From Candidatus Levyibacteriota bacterium (GTDB lineage: Bacteria > Patescibacteriota > Microgenomatia > Levybacterales > UBA12049), in assembly GCA_963716145.1 (NCBI GenBank), contig OY970292.1, positions 140,104 to 204,103 on the forward strand: a stretch of 64,000 nt of DNA. Reading direction: 5' to 3'. Within the stretch, counting starts at the first letter, position 1; each line of letters starts with the position of its first letter. This document shows, one piece after another, positions 44,338-52,638 of this stretch. Both the position numbers and the translations under genes were made by a program. A model generated the notes under the pieces. The model had not been told where the DNA came from. It saw only the letters and a list, made by a program, of their open reading frames with translations, and ran no database searches.

Positions 44338-45741
44338 ATGATAAAAAATAAGCATGTCAAAATAGTTGCTACGTTGGGTCCTGCGTCCGATAGTTACAAT
44401 ATGGTTCTCGCTCTGGCAAAAGCAGGCGTTGATATTTTTCGTATAAATCTATCCCACGCAACAGAGCAGGAAATATCCAGTAGGTTTCAAGTCGTAAGAA
44501 AAGCTGAGAGAGAGTTGGGTAGACCTCTCTCAATTATGGGGGATCTTGCAGGTTTGAAAATTAGAATAGGCGAGATCGCACCCAATTCTGTTTTGGAAAA
44601 AGGAAAATCAGTCAAAATTGTAAAAGAAAAAATTAAAGGTGATGCTGAAAAATTTTCACTCAATTTTCCCTCCATTGTTGAATATGTCGAGCCAGGCTCA
44701 ATTATATACATAGATGACGGAGCAATAAAGCTTAAGGCCGGTAAAAAAGACAAAAATGGCATACTAGCAACCGTTGTTGTTGGCGGTCCGCTTTCTTCAC
44801 GAAAAGGTTTTCTTTCAGAAGGACTTGCATTGGGGAAAGTCGGAATTTCTGAAAAAGACAAAAAATCAATAAAATTAATGGTGAAAATGGGCGTTGATAC
44901 AATTGCTATCTCGTTTGTACAAAATGCTGACGATGTACTTGAGGTAAAAAAGCTTCTTCCAAAAGATTCCCAAATTATGCTTATGTCCAAAATTGAGACA
45001 GCATCTGGTGTTGAGAATGCAGAGGAGATTGTGGAGACATCCGATGGGATAATAATTGCGCGGGGAGATATGGGGCTTTCAATTCCTCTGGCAAAAGTTC
45101 CCCATGTGCAAAAAACTTTGATAAAACTTGCATTAAGAAAAGCCAAACCAGTTGTCACAGCGACTCAGATGCTCGAATCAATGGTTTCAAGGTCAATGCC
45201 TACACGGGCAGAAGTGACTGATGTAGCAAACGCGATTCTGGATGGAACAGGATGTCTCATGCTCTCTGCAGAAACGGCAACAGGCATGTTTCCGCTAGAA
45301 ACTGTTGAGACTATGGTGAGAATTATTAATGAATCTATTCAGTATTTAGAGCCCATGCATTTCCCAGAAGACAATATGATCGGGGATGCAGTAAGTGCTG
45401 CAGCAGGTCAAATAGCACGCCAGACAGGCGCAAAGCTTATAATAGTCTATACGGAAAAAGGTATAACTGCCCGAAAAATTTCGCGTCATAGACATAAGCA
45501 CACTATAGTTGCTTTATCGTCCAATAACGCGACCGTACACAAGCTCAATTTTGCGTGGGGGGTTTATCCGCATTTAATTGGCAATATAACCGAATTTGAA
45601 GTTATATTAAGCAAAGCACGAGAAATGGCAAAAAATAACAGAGTTTTGCCCCTTTCGAAAGGGGACATGTACGTAATTGCGGCAGGAGTACCATATGGTA
45701 AATCAGGAAATACAAACTTTATATATGTTGACAAGGCGTAA
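44338..45741 (+). CDS. pyk: Pyruvate kinase
   Basis: KIVATLGPAS, RINLSH, KIET, ARGDMG, TATQMLESM, PTRAEVTDVANA. Confidence 0.97.
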   Translation: MIKNKHVKIVATLGPASDSYNMVLALAKAGVDIFRINLSHATEQEISSRFQVVRKAERELGRPLSIMGDLAGLKIRIGEIAPNSVLEKGKSVKIVKEKIKGDAEKFSLNFPSIVEYVEPGSIIYIDDGAIKLKAGKKDKNGILATVVVGGPLSSRKGFLSEGLALGKVGISEKDKKSIKLMVKMGVDTIAISFVQNADDVLEVKKLLPKDSQIMLMSKIETASGVENAEEIVETSDGIIIARGDMGLSIPLAKVPHVQKTLIKLALRKAKPVVTATQMLESMVSRSMPTRAEVTDVANAILDGTGCLMLSAETATGMFPLETVETMVRIINESIQYLEPMHFPEDNMIGDAVSAAAGQIARQTGAKLIIVYTEKGITARKISRHRHKHTIVALSSNNATVHKLNFAWGVYPHLIGNITEFEVILSKAREMAKNNRVLPLSKGDMYVIAAGVPYGKSGNTNFIYVDKA

Positions 45742-45827
45742 AATACGTTTTACAAAACCGCTGAAGGAAAATTCCGCTTGAGACAGTTGAGATGATGAAG
45801 GGAATTGGTGATGAAGCCTAAAAATGG

Positions 45828-46022
45828 TTAAGGCTTGCTTATTCTTCCCTGTCTAGAGTCCTGGTGGCTCATCGGTATTGAATGGTTGAATATCGCATTG
45901 GTTTTCCGGTTTTGCTGATGGTGTAGCTCAAACCCGATACTCCTAATAGGACGTTTTGGATGTTTTTTCGGCACTCGCCATGACGGCGCTTCCCTTCTCT
46001 CATGCCAATGCTCAGCATTCAT
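45828..46022 (-). CDS. Small hypothetical protein
   Basis: 64-aa ORF in an intergenic gap, 6 nt downstream of TGaTATAAT. Confidence 0.4.
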   Translation of the reverse strand: MNAEHWHERREAPSWRVPKKHPKRPIRSIGFELHHQQNRKTNAIFNHSIPMSHQDSRQGRISKP

Positions 46023-46052
46023 ATTTTGATTATATCAGTAGGTTTAGAAAAC

Positions 46053-48047
46053 TCAAATTTTCTTTTTAATTTTATTAACTTCATCCCTGAGGTGGATGGC
46101 TGCTTCAAAGTCCAATCTTTCCGCTGCTAATTTCATTTCGCGACGTAAGCGTTTTATGACATTTTCTTTCTCATCAGGCAGAAGAACATCTTTTTTGGTT
46201 TGCTCCATCAGAAACTCCATTGATTTATCAGCCTCAACTTGTTGCTCAACCAGTTTGGCACGGATATCTTTTATGATTCCTTCAGGTGTTATTCCATGCT
46301 TTTTATTGTATGCAAGCTGTATCTCGCGTCTTCTCTCAACCTCCTCGATTGCTTCTTTCATCGAGCCTGTCATATTATCGGCGTACAAAATCACCTGCGC
46401 TTCAACGTGTCTTGCCGCCCGGCCCATGGTCTGAATCAAAGAAGTTCTGCTTCTCAAAAATCCTTCTTTATCAGCGTCCAATATGGCGACGAGTGAGACT
46501 TCCGGCAGATCAAGTCCTTCACGAAGTAAATTTATACCAATCAAAACGTCATAATTTCCAAGCCTTAGATTATCCAAGACGTCTTGGCGTTCAAGCGTCG
46601 CGATATCAGAATGCAAATAGGCAACTTTCATTTGTCTTTCTTCCAGGTAGCTTGTCAGTTCCTCAGCCATTCTCTTGGTCAAGGTAGTCACCAGAACTCT
46701 TTGGTTTTTTTTTGTGCGTTTTTCAATCTCAGTGATCAAGTCATTTATTTGCCCCTTTGATTCTTTAACTGTGATAATTGGATCAACTAATCCGGTTGGT
46801 CGGATCAGCTGTTCCACAACTCCGTCTTTGGCCTCTTTTGCCAGTGATACTTCGTAATCGTTTGGGGTTGCCGAGACATAAACAATTTGATTGGTTTTTC
46901 TCATAAATTCTTCAAATTTCAGCGGTCGATTGTCAAGAGCTGAGGGAAGACGAAATCCATAATCAATAAGAGTTTGTTTGCGCGCTTGGTCACCATTATA
47001 CATTCCGCGGAGTTGTGGGAGCGTGATGTGTGATTCGTCGATCAACAAAAGCCAATCATCTGAGGCGTGAGTAAAATAATCAATAAGCGAATATGGAGGT
47101 TGACCCGGTAATCTTCCATCAAAATACGTTGAGTAATTTTCAATTCCGTTTACATATCCTACCTCTTTGATCATTTCCATATCATAATTGGTCCTCTGCT
47201 TGAGTCTTTGGGCCTCAAGAAGCTTGCCCTCGCCTTTCAGTTTTGCTAGTTGAGCGTCAAGATCGCGGTTTATTTTCGCGAACGCGTCTTCATACGTCCT
47301 CGGGTCAGTCATATAATGCTTGGCGGGATAAATTACGGTCGCATCAAGCGGTTTTAGAATCTCGCCCGTCAAAGGATTAAATTCGTACATTTTGGTCAAC
47401 TTATCATCTGTTTCCATTCTGATTCCGTGATCTACGTATGCTGGGAAAAGATCAATTGTATTTCCGCGAATTCTGTACGAGCCGCGCTTGAACTCATAAT
47501 CGTTTCTTGAGTATTGAAGATCTGAAAGACGCAGCATTATATCCTGTTGGCGGATTTTCATTCCTGTTGCCAGTTCCAAGACGAATTTTCCGTATTCAAC
47601 GGGGGAGCCAAGATTGTAAATGCAGGAAACTGATGCGACTACTATTACGTCTTTACGGGTTAAAAGATTTGCCGTAGCAGCCAGACGGAGTTTGTCTATT
47701 TCCTCATTTATCTCGGCCTCCTTCTCGATATAAGTATCAGTTGTCGGGACATAGGCTTCAGGCTGGTAATAGTCGTAATAAGAAACAAAATAACTAACCG
47801 CGTTATCCGGAAAAAAGTCGCGGAATTCCTGATAAAGTTGTCCGGCAAGGGTTTTGTTGTGGGAAATAACAAGAGTCGGGCGCAAGACATTCTGAATTAC
47901 ATTGGCCATGGTGTAGGTTTTGCCACTTCCGGTAACACCAAGAAGAACCTGATTCTTTACATCATTTTCAAGATTTTTTGTAAGCTTCTCAATTGCGGCC
48001 GGTTGGTCTCCTGTAGGTTTAAATTTGGATTTTAACTTAAAATTCAT
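46053..48047 (-). CDS. uvrB: Excinuclease ABC subunit B
   Basis: GVTGSGKT, YYDYYQPEAY, DESH, GINLLREGLD, C-terminal UVR domain; start at ATG 48047. Confidence 0.98.
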   Translation of the reverse strand: MNFKLKSKFKPTGDQPAAIEKLTKNLENDVKNQVLLGVTGSGKTYTMANVIQNVLRPTLVISHNKTLAGQLYQEFRDFFPDNAVSYFVSYYDYYQPEAYVPTTDTYIEKEAEINEEIDKLRLAATANLLTRKDVIVVASVSCIYNLGSPVEYGKFVLELATGMKIRQQDIMLRLSDLQYSRNDYEFKRGSYRIRGNTIDLFPAYVDHGIRMETDDKLTKMYEFNPLTGEILKPLDATVIYPAKHYMTDPRTYEDAFAKINRDLDAQLAKLKGEGKLLEAQRLKQRTNYDMEMIKEVGYVNGIENYSTYFDGRLPGQPPYSLIDYFTHASDDWLLLIDESHITLPQLRGMYNGDQARKQTLIDYGFRLPSALDNRPLKFEEFMRKTNQIVYVSATPNDYEVSLAKEAKDGVVEQLIRPTGLVDPIITVKESKGQINDLITEIEKRTKKNQRVLVTTLTKRMAEELTSYLEERQMKVAYLHSDIATLERQDVLDNLRLGNYDVLIGINLLREGLDLPEVSLVAILDADKEGFLRSRTSLIQTMGRAARHVEAQVILYADNMTGSMKEAIEEVERRREIQLAYNKKHGITPEGIIKDIRAKLVEQQVEADKSMEFLMEQTKKDVLLPDEKENVIKRLRREMKLAAERLDFEAAIHLRDEVNKIKKKI

Positions 48048-48127
48048 GACAAGCCATTCTACCACATAATTGCAAATGTGACATATTTGTTTTTTTATTT
48101 TGACCCCTTTTGCATCTCTTTGACTGA

Positions 48128-48160
48128 TTGACAAAAATATACGAAATGTCGTATATTTTT
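48128..48160 (+). promoter_or_regulatory. lexA promoter overlapped by a perfect palindrome (candidate SOS box)
   Basis: TTGACA at 48128; AAAAATATACGA-AATG-TCGTATATTTTT (48133-48160) covers the spacer and the -10 (TATATT). Confidence 0.65.
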
Positions 48161-48165
48161 TATAC

Positions 48166-48188
48166 ACCCTTCGACATAGCTCAGGGTA
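48166..48188 (+). repeat. REP-like TTCG..CTCA hairpin in the lexA leader
   Basis: ACCC-TTCGACATAGCTCA-GGGT, a few nt before the ATG. Confidence 0.75.
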
Positions 48189-48194
48189 AACTAT

Positions 48195-48821
48195 ATGCCA
48201 GGAGTATTATACAGTAAAGAAAGAGTTGTTCTGGAATTTCTTGTGCAATTTCAAGCCAAGCATGGGTATGCTCCAACTTTGAAAGAAATTGCCAGCGCCA
48301 CTGGGCACAAAAGCGTTTCAACAATTTATGTTTTGATCAGAAGCCTAGTTGATAAAGGTTATGTTCAAAAGGTTGATGGTAATTCACGGGTCCTCAAAGT
48401 AATGGATGAGAGCATTGTTTCCAAATTTATGGGAACAGAACCATCAATAGAGCTTCCGTTGATGGGCTATATCGCGGCTGGTAAGCCTCTTGAGCCCCAT
48501 ACGGATCCTAATGCAACTTTTCAAGTGTCAGCATCCATGCTCTCAGGTACAAAGACATCCTACGCCTTGCAGGTAAAAGGTGAGTCAATGATAGAGGAAG
48601 GGATTTTGGATGGAGATTTTGTGGTGATTGAGAAAGTCCAGGAAGCAAGAAATGGCGAGATCGTAGTGGCACTGGTCGATGATAATCTGGCAACACTTAA
48701 AAAATACTTCAAAGAAGGTGAAGTGGTTGTTTTGCGTCCGGCAAATTCCGCAATGGATCCGATCTACCCAAAACAGCTTAAGATTCAAGGCAAAGTTGTT
48801 GGTCTGGTCCGCAGATATTGA
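48195..48821 (+). CDS. lexA: SOS repressor LexA
   Basis: wHTH GYAPTLKEI, Ala-Gly cleavage site IAAG, catalytic GESM and TLKK. Confidence 0.95.
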   Translation: MPGVLYSKERVVLEFLVQFQAKHGYAPTLKEIASATGHKSVSTIYVLIRSLVDKGYVQKVDGNSRVLKVMDESIVSKFMGTEPSIELPLMGYIAAGKPLEPHTDPNATFQVSASMLSGTKTSYALQVKGESMIEEGILDGDFVVIEKVQEARNGEIVVALVDDNLATLKKYFKEGEVVVLRPANSAMDPIYPKQLKIQGKVVGLVRRY

Positions 48822-48833
48822 CCCCCCTTTTTT

Positions 48834-48931
48834 TGTTATACTGAATTTAGTTCAGCATATTTTTTAGATCCTGAAACACATTCGCTACGTTCAGTGCGAG
48901 AACCTGCTTTGCAGGCAAGTTCAGGATGACA
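48834..48931. repeat. Composite nested palindromic element
   Basis: Outer TGTTATACTGAA / TTCAGGATGACA; ATCCTGAA/TTCAGGAT stem enclosing CAC-ATTCGCTACGTTCA-GTG and CCTGC-TTT-GCAGG. Confidence 0.7.
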
Positions 48932-48965
48932 CTTTTACACGGTTATGGTAAGATTGTCCCATTCT

Positions 48966-49679
48966 ATGGGTACACTTTATATTGTTCCAACTCCAATTGG
49001 CAATCTCAAAGATATAACGTTTAGAGCAGTAGAGGTTTTGTTCCAAGTTGATGTTATAGCTTGTGAGGACACAAGAAGAACCGGTTTACTCCTGCAAAAA
49101 ATCCGGGAAATGCAAAGCGCAATCGAGGGCAGTCAGCATCCGCCATTAATTTCATATTATGAACAAAATGAATTACAGAGAATCCCTGAAATTATAAATC
49201 TGCTTCAAAACGGACAGAATGTGGCACTTGTTTCGGACGCGGGAACACCAGCAATTTCAGATCCTGGGTTTAAGCTGATCCGTGAATGCGCGAAACAAAA
49301 AATAAAAATCGAATCTCTTCCCGGTGCCTCGTCGCCACTAGTTGCCCTTGCCGTATCAGGTCTGCCAACCGATAAATTTACATTCGCTGGCTATCCGCCA
49401 AGAAAACCGGGACATAGAAAGACTTTTTTTGAAAATATTAAAAAGTCTCAGGAATTTCTCAAGACAACTGTAATTCTATTCGAAGCTCCACACAAATTAC
49501 TAAAAACACTGGGAGAAATGCAGGAAATCCTGGGAGACATTGACATCGTCATTGCCCGCGAGCTTACCAAGATTCATGAAGAAATAAGGCGCGAAAAAAT
49601 CTCGGTAAGTCTGGCACATTTCAATAAAAAGCCTCCGAAAGGGGAGATTGTGGTTTTATTTAACTTAAATTTAGGCTAA
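48966..49679 (+). CDS. rsmI: 16S rRNA C1402 2'-O-methyltransferase
   Basis: LYIVPTPIGNLKDIT, ACEDTR, SDAGTPAISDPG, ARELTKIHEE. Confidence 0.96.
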   Translation: MGTLYIVPTPIGNLKDITFRAVEVLFQVDVIACEDTRRTGLLLQKIREMQSAIEGSQHPPLISYYEQNELQRIPEIINLLQNGQNVALVSDAGTPAISDPGFKLIRECAKQKIKIESLPGASSPLVALAVSGLPTDKFTFAGYPPRKPGHRKTFFENIKKSQEFLKTTVILFEAPHKLLKTLGEMQEILGDIDIVIARELTKIHEEIRREKISVSLAHFNKKPPKGEIVVLFNLNLG

Positions 49680-49739
49680 AAATTCTGATGGTAGAATGTG
49701 TTAAAATATATCTATTAGTTATTACTTCAATTTGTGCTT

Positions 49740-49946
49740 ATGAGCCCTGAAAAGTCTTTAATGCGAAGTAAAAGCAAGCAAGTGGTCAATTTTCATCCAG
49801 AAGGATCCTTTTGGGAGCATCTAATTACAATGCATGGTCGTGATCCAAATGAAGAGCATGTAGAAGTTTTACATGGATTAGATCATGCTCCAGTCGGTAA
49901 AAAAACTCACGAACTCCAATTTCCGTTTGTAAAACATTCCCACTAA
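49740..49946 (+). CDS. Small His-rich hypothetical protein
   Basis: ORF fills the gap; no recognisable motif. Confidence 0.4.
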   Translation: MSPEKSLMRSKSKQVVNFHPEGSFWEHLITMHGRDPNEEHVEVLHGLDHAPVGKKTHELQFPFVKHSH

Positions 49947-50005
49947 TATTATTTATGCTTTAGCCCTTGAGCATAGGCTTATTTTTTGATAGAAGGTCTT
50001 TTATT

Positions 50006-50362
50006 ATGGGAGCAGAACGAGAAAGCATTGATAGAGTAAGGGCCAATGCGCAAGTTAGTCCAACGCTGAAAAATAAAGTCATTCTGCTAGTTCGGGAGCA
50101 TGAGGAAATAAAGGGAAAACCTGGTATTAGAGCAAGAAGAAAAGCGAAAAGGGAACTTTTTGACACGCTTGGGGTAGAAATTGTTGCAGATATTAGGCAA
50201 CAGGATATTAGTTTATGGCATGTCTTAAAAGCGAGTAAAAGGGATGGAAATTTCACGGTATGGTCAATGATTAAGCCCCTTCATGGAGCACAAGTAAGAG
50301 TTGGCGAAGCTAAAAAAATTATCGCGGCGGAGAAAAAAAGTGTTTTAAGACCTAATTTGTAA
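50006..50362 (+). CDS. Hypothetical basic protein
   Basis: ORF from ATG 50006; no recognisable motif. Confidence 0.5.
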   Translation: MGAERESIDRVRANAQVSPTLKNKVILLVREHEEIKGKPGIRARRKAKRELFDTLGVEIVADIRQQDISLWHVLKASKRDGNFTVWSMIKPLHGAQVRVGEAKKIIAAEKKSVLRPNL

Positions 50363-50365
50363 ACA

Positions 50366-51685
50366 TTAATCTCTAATTTCCTTATTGACTACTTTTCCAT
50401 CCTCATCAATTTGATAAACAAGAATTTCTCCAACTTCGATTTCGAGTTTAGTTATATCATTGTCTGATATTTTTTCCAAATGCTTGACCAACGCTCGTAG
50501 ACTGTTGCCATGGGCCGCGATAATCACATTTTTGCCTGATCTTAACTTGGGCAATATATTTTCTTCATAATACGGTACCACCCTATGATAAACATCTTTG
50601 AGTGACTCGCCGTTTGGAATCGGATCGTCCCAGCCCCTGCGCCATTTCATAAATTGCTCATCTCCAAATTCTTTTTGGATATCCCATTTGTTTTTTCCGG
50701 TCAGATCACCATAATCCCGCTCATTAAAAGCTTTGTTTGAAATTGTCGGAATTTCAGGCTGCCCTTTGGCTTTTTTAATTTCTTCTAGCGTTTGCTGTGC
50801 TCTTTTCAAAGCTGAGGTAAATGCGAGGTCCAGGCGGATATCTTTTAATTTCCCCCCATCTTCTTTTGCCTGATCATGCCCTTTCTGACTAAGCTCCACA
50901 TCGGTCCAGCCTGTCCAAAGACCCCGGGCGTTCCAAACAGACTCGCCGTGGCGGACAAGAACAAGATATGTTTTTTGGGTATTGGTCATAGGTTTTAGTG
51001 CTATTATGTATATTTTACCCTTATCAATTGTCCAATTTACAATATAAGGTAAATAGAAATGTTTTTTTAATTTTCTTCCCACCTTTTCGATTTCCTGCTT
51101 TTGCTTTTGTGAAAGATTGGAATTAGTTTCAATATTAAGATCAGCGGTGTGGAGTTGCCCGGAGATTTTATTATTGATCAGTTTTTGAACAATTATTGAA
51201 AAATCTGTTTTAAAATTATCTTTGTGATGCTTATGATTAAACAATAATTGTTGAGGTTCGGCTTGCCTTGCCCAAACATGTTTTATTGCTCTAATTAAGC
51301 TTTCGGAATTTTTAACAATTTTTTTGTCTGGGCCCACAGTCACCTCACCTTTTTTAAATACTCCGCCCATTTTTTTATATTCTGTAGCTATAGCATCTAT
51401 CAAGTCGCCAGTTATTTTTGAATCGTTGATTAATTTTTTAATATGATTTGAGACCTGCATCAGAGAATCTGTTCTCTCGTAATGTACAGTTGATAAAAGA
51501 TCCTCTATTTTCTTTTGTAGGCGATCATCTTTTAAAAATTCTTCAAATGCAAAATGTGTGACGACAAAGCCTTGAGGGATAGTAAATCCTAAATGCGCAA
51601 GATTTAATAAATCAGCAGTATTTTTTTCCAGTAAATCCAACTGGGTTTTGTCAATTTTTGAAAACGGTAAAATAGAAGAACTCAC
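50366..51685 (-). CDS. gpmA: Fusion of a degenerate PEP synthase/PPDK N-terminal domain to 2,3-BPG-dependent phosphoglycerate mutase
   Basis: C-half LVRHGESVWN, TGWTDVEL, NERDYG, GESL, AAHGNSLRAL; N-half GFTIPQGFVVT, IIVQKLI, KIYIIALKPMT. Confidence 0.85.
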   Translation of the reverse strand: MSSSILPFSKIDKTQLDLLEKNTADLLNLAHLGFTIPQGFVVTHFAFEEFLKDDRLQKKIEDLLSTVHYERTDSLMQVSNHIKKLINDSKITGDLIDAIATEYKKMGGVFKKGEVTVGPDKKIVKNSESLIRAIKHVWARQAEPQQLLFNHKHHKDNFKTDFSIIVQKLINNKISGQLHTADLNIETNSNLSQKQKQEIEKVGRKLKKHFYLPYIVNWTIDKGKIYIIALKPMTNTQKTYLVLVRHGESVWNARGLWTGWTDVELSQKGHDQAKEDGGKLKDIRLDLAFTSALKRAQQTLEEIKKAKGQPEIPTISNKAFNERDYGDLTGKNKWDIQKEFGDEQFMKWRRGWDDPIPNGESLKDVYHRVVPYYEENILPKLRSGKNVIIAAHGNSLRALVKHLEKISDNDITKLEIEVGEILVYQIDEDGKVVNKEIRD

Positions 51686-51709
51686 AGTATTTATTATGCA
51701 CGAGTTTTA

Positions 51710-51738
51710 TTGACAACTCAAGCAAGGCCAAGTATAGT
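51710..51738 (+). promoter_or_regulatory. Sigma70 promoter of the Hpt-receiver-pil operon
   Basis: TTGACA-17 nt-TATAGT. Confidence 0.65.
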
Positions 51739-51755
51739 AATATAGAAGAAATATT

Positions 51756-52151
51756 ATGGCAATGAACCCGGATGATGTTATAAAATACAAAAGCCTATAC
51801 CTGCAAACATCATGGGGATATTTAAATATGCTCAGAAGAAATGTGTCCTTTTTGCTGCGAGGTACACAAATGCAAAATGCGGTAGAGGCTGCACATCTAG
51901 CAGCACATTCTCTAAAGAGCCAGAGTATTTTGATGGGATATGGCCAAATTGGAGAATTATCAGGAAAGATGGAGCAAATATTTAGAATAAGTAAGGAGCA
52001 GAATATATTTCCGGAAAATCAAATTCTTGAATTGATGCTTGAAACATTAAAAAAAGTACAAATATCTCTGACTCAAATATCTGAAAATGGAACAGAAGTT
52101 GACATGTCTGAAGAAATAAAAAGCCTTGAAACAAATCTAAAGAGCGAATAA
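51756..52151 (+). CDS. Stand-alone Hpt (histidine phosphotransfer) protein
   Basis: AAHSLKSQSILMG matches the Hpt/CheA-P1 HxLK motif in an all-helical 131-aa protein. Confidence 0.82.
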   Translation: MAMNPDDVIKYKSLYLQTSWGYLNMLRRNVSFLLRGTQMQNAVEAAHLAAHSLKSQSILMGYGQIGELSGKMEQIFRISKEQNIFPENQILELMLETLKKVQISLTQISENGTEVDMSEEIKSLETNLKSE

Positions 52152-52178
52152 CTTATCGCAGAATACCAGTCTTGAACC

Positions 52179-52553
52179 ATGAAAATATTACTTGTAGAAG
52201 ACGACAAATTTTTTAGGGAATTTTATGCCCAAAAACTTCGGGAGAAAGGTGTGGAAGTTTTTCAAGCAGGGGACGGAGAAGAAGGTTTGAAAAAAGTGAG
52301 CGAAAGCCTTCCCGATATAATCCTACTTGACCTAATCATGCCTATTAGAGATGGTTTTTCGGTACTTGAAGAATTGTCCAAGAATGTTAATGCAAAAAAT
52401 ATTCCGGTTCTCGTTTTTTCGACCCTCGGACAAGAAAAAGATATTGAAATGGCAATGAAGCTGGGCGCAAAGGGATATGTTAATAAAAGTTTTTTTGACT
52501 TTGAGACCCTGTTTAATAGGATTATGGAACTATCAAATAAAACAAATAACTGA
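52179..52553 (+). CDS. Single-domain response regulator
   Basis: ILLVEDD, LLDLIMP, VFST, YVNK. Confidence 0.93.
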   Translation: MKILLVEDDKFFREFYAQKLREKGVEVFQAGDGEEGLKKVSESLPDIILLDLIMPIRDGFSVLEELSKNVNAKNIPVLVFSTLGQEKDIEMAMKLGAKGYVNKSFFDFETLFNRIMELSNKTNN

Positions 52554-52626
52554 TGACTTATAACTGATAACAAATCCGAATCGAGTTTGTTTTAGTTATA
52601 AGTTATTTGTTGCTTGTTATAAGTTC
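52542..52626. repeat. Inverted ACTTATA-type heptamer arms between the receiver gene and pilB
   Basis: ACAAATA ACTGATG ACTTATA ACTGATA ... TTATAAG TTATTTG TTGCTTG TTATAAG; includes the receiver stop codon. Confidence 0.78.
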
Positions 52627-52638
52627 ATTTTTCTGCCC

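Noticed and set aside
42640-45158. Long antisense ORFs 42640-43350 and 44487-45158, and similar ones opposite serA, atpA, dnaE and htpX
   Set aside because: Shadows of well-conserved genes on the other strand with no protein motifs.
48048-48167. N-terminal extension of UvrB in the ORF track (likewise L21, RsmI, GatB and pilin 55364)
   Set aside because: Family homology starts at downstream ATGs; the extensions run through promoters or neighbouring genes.
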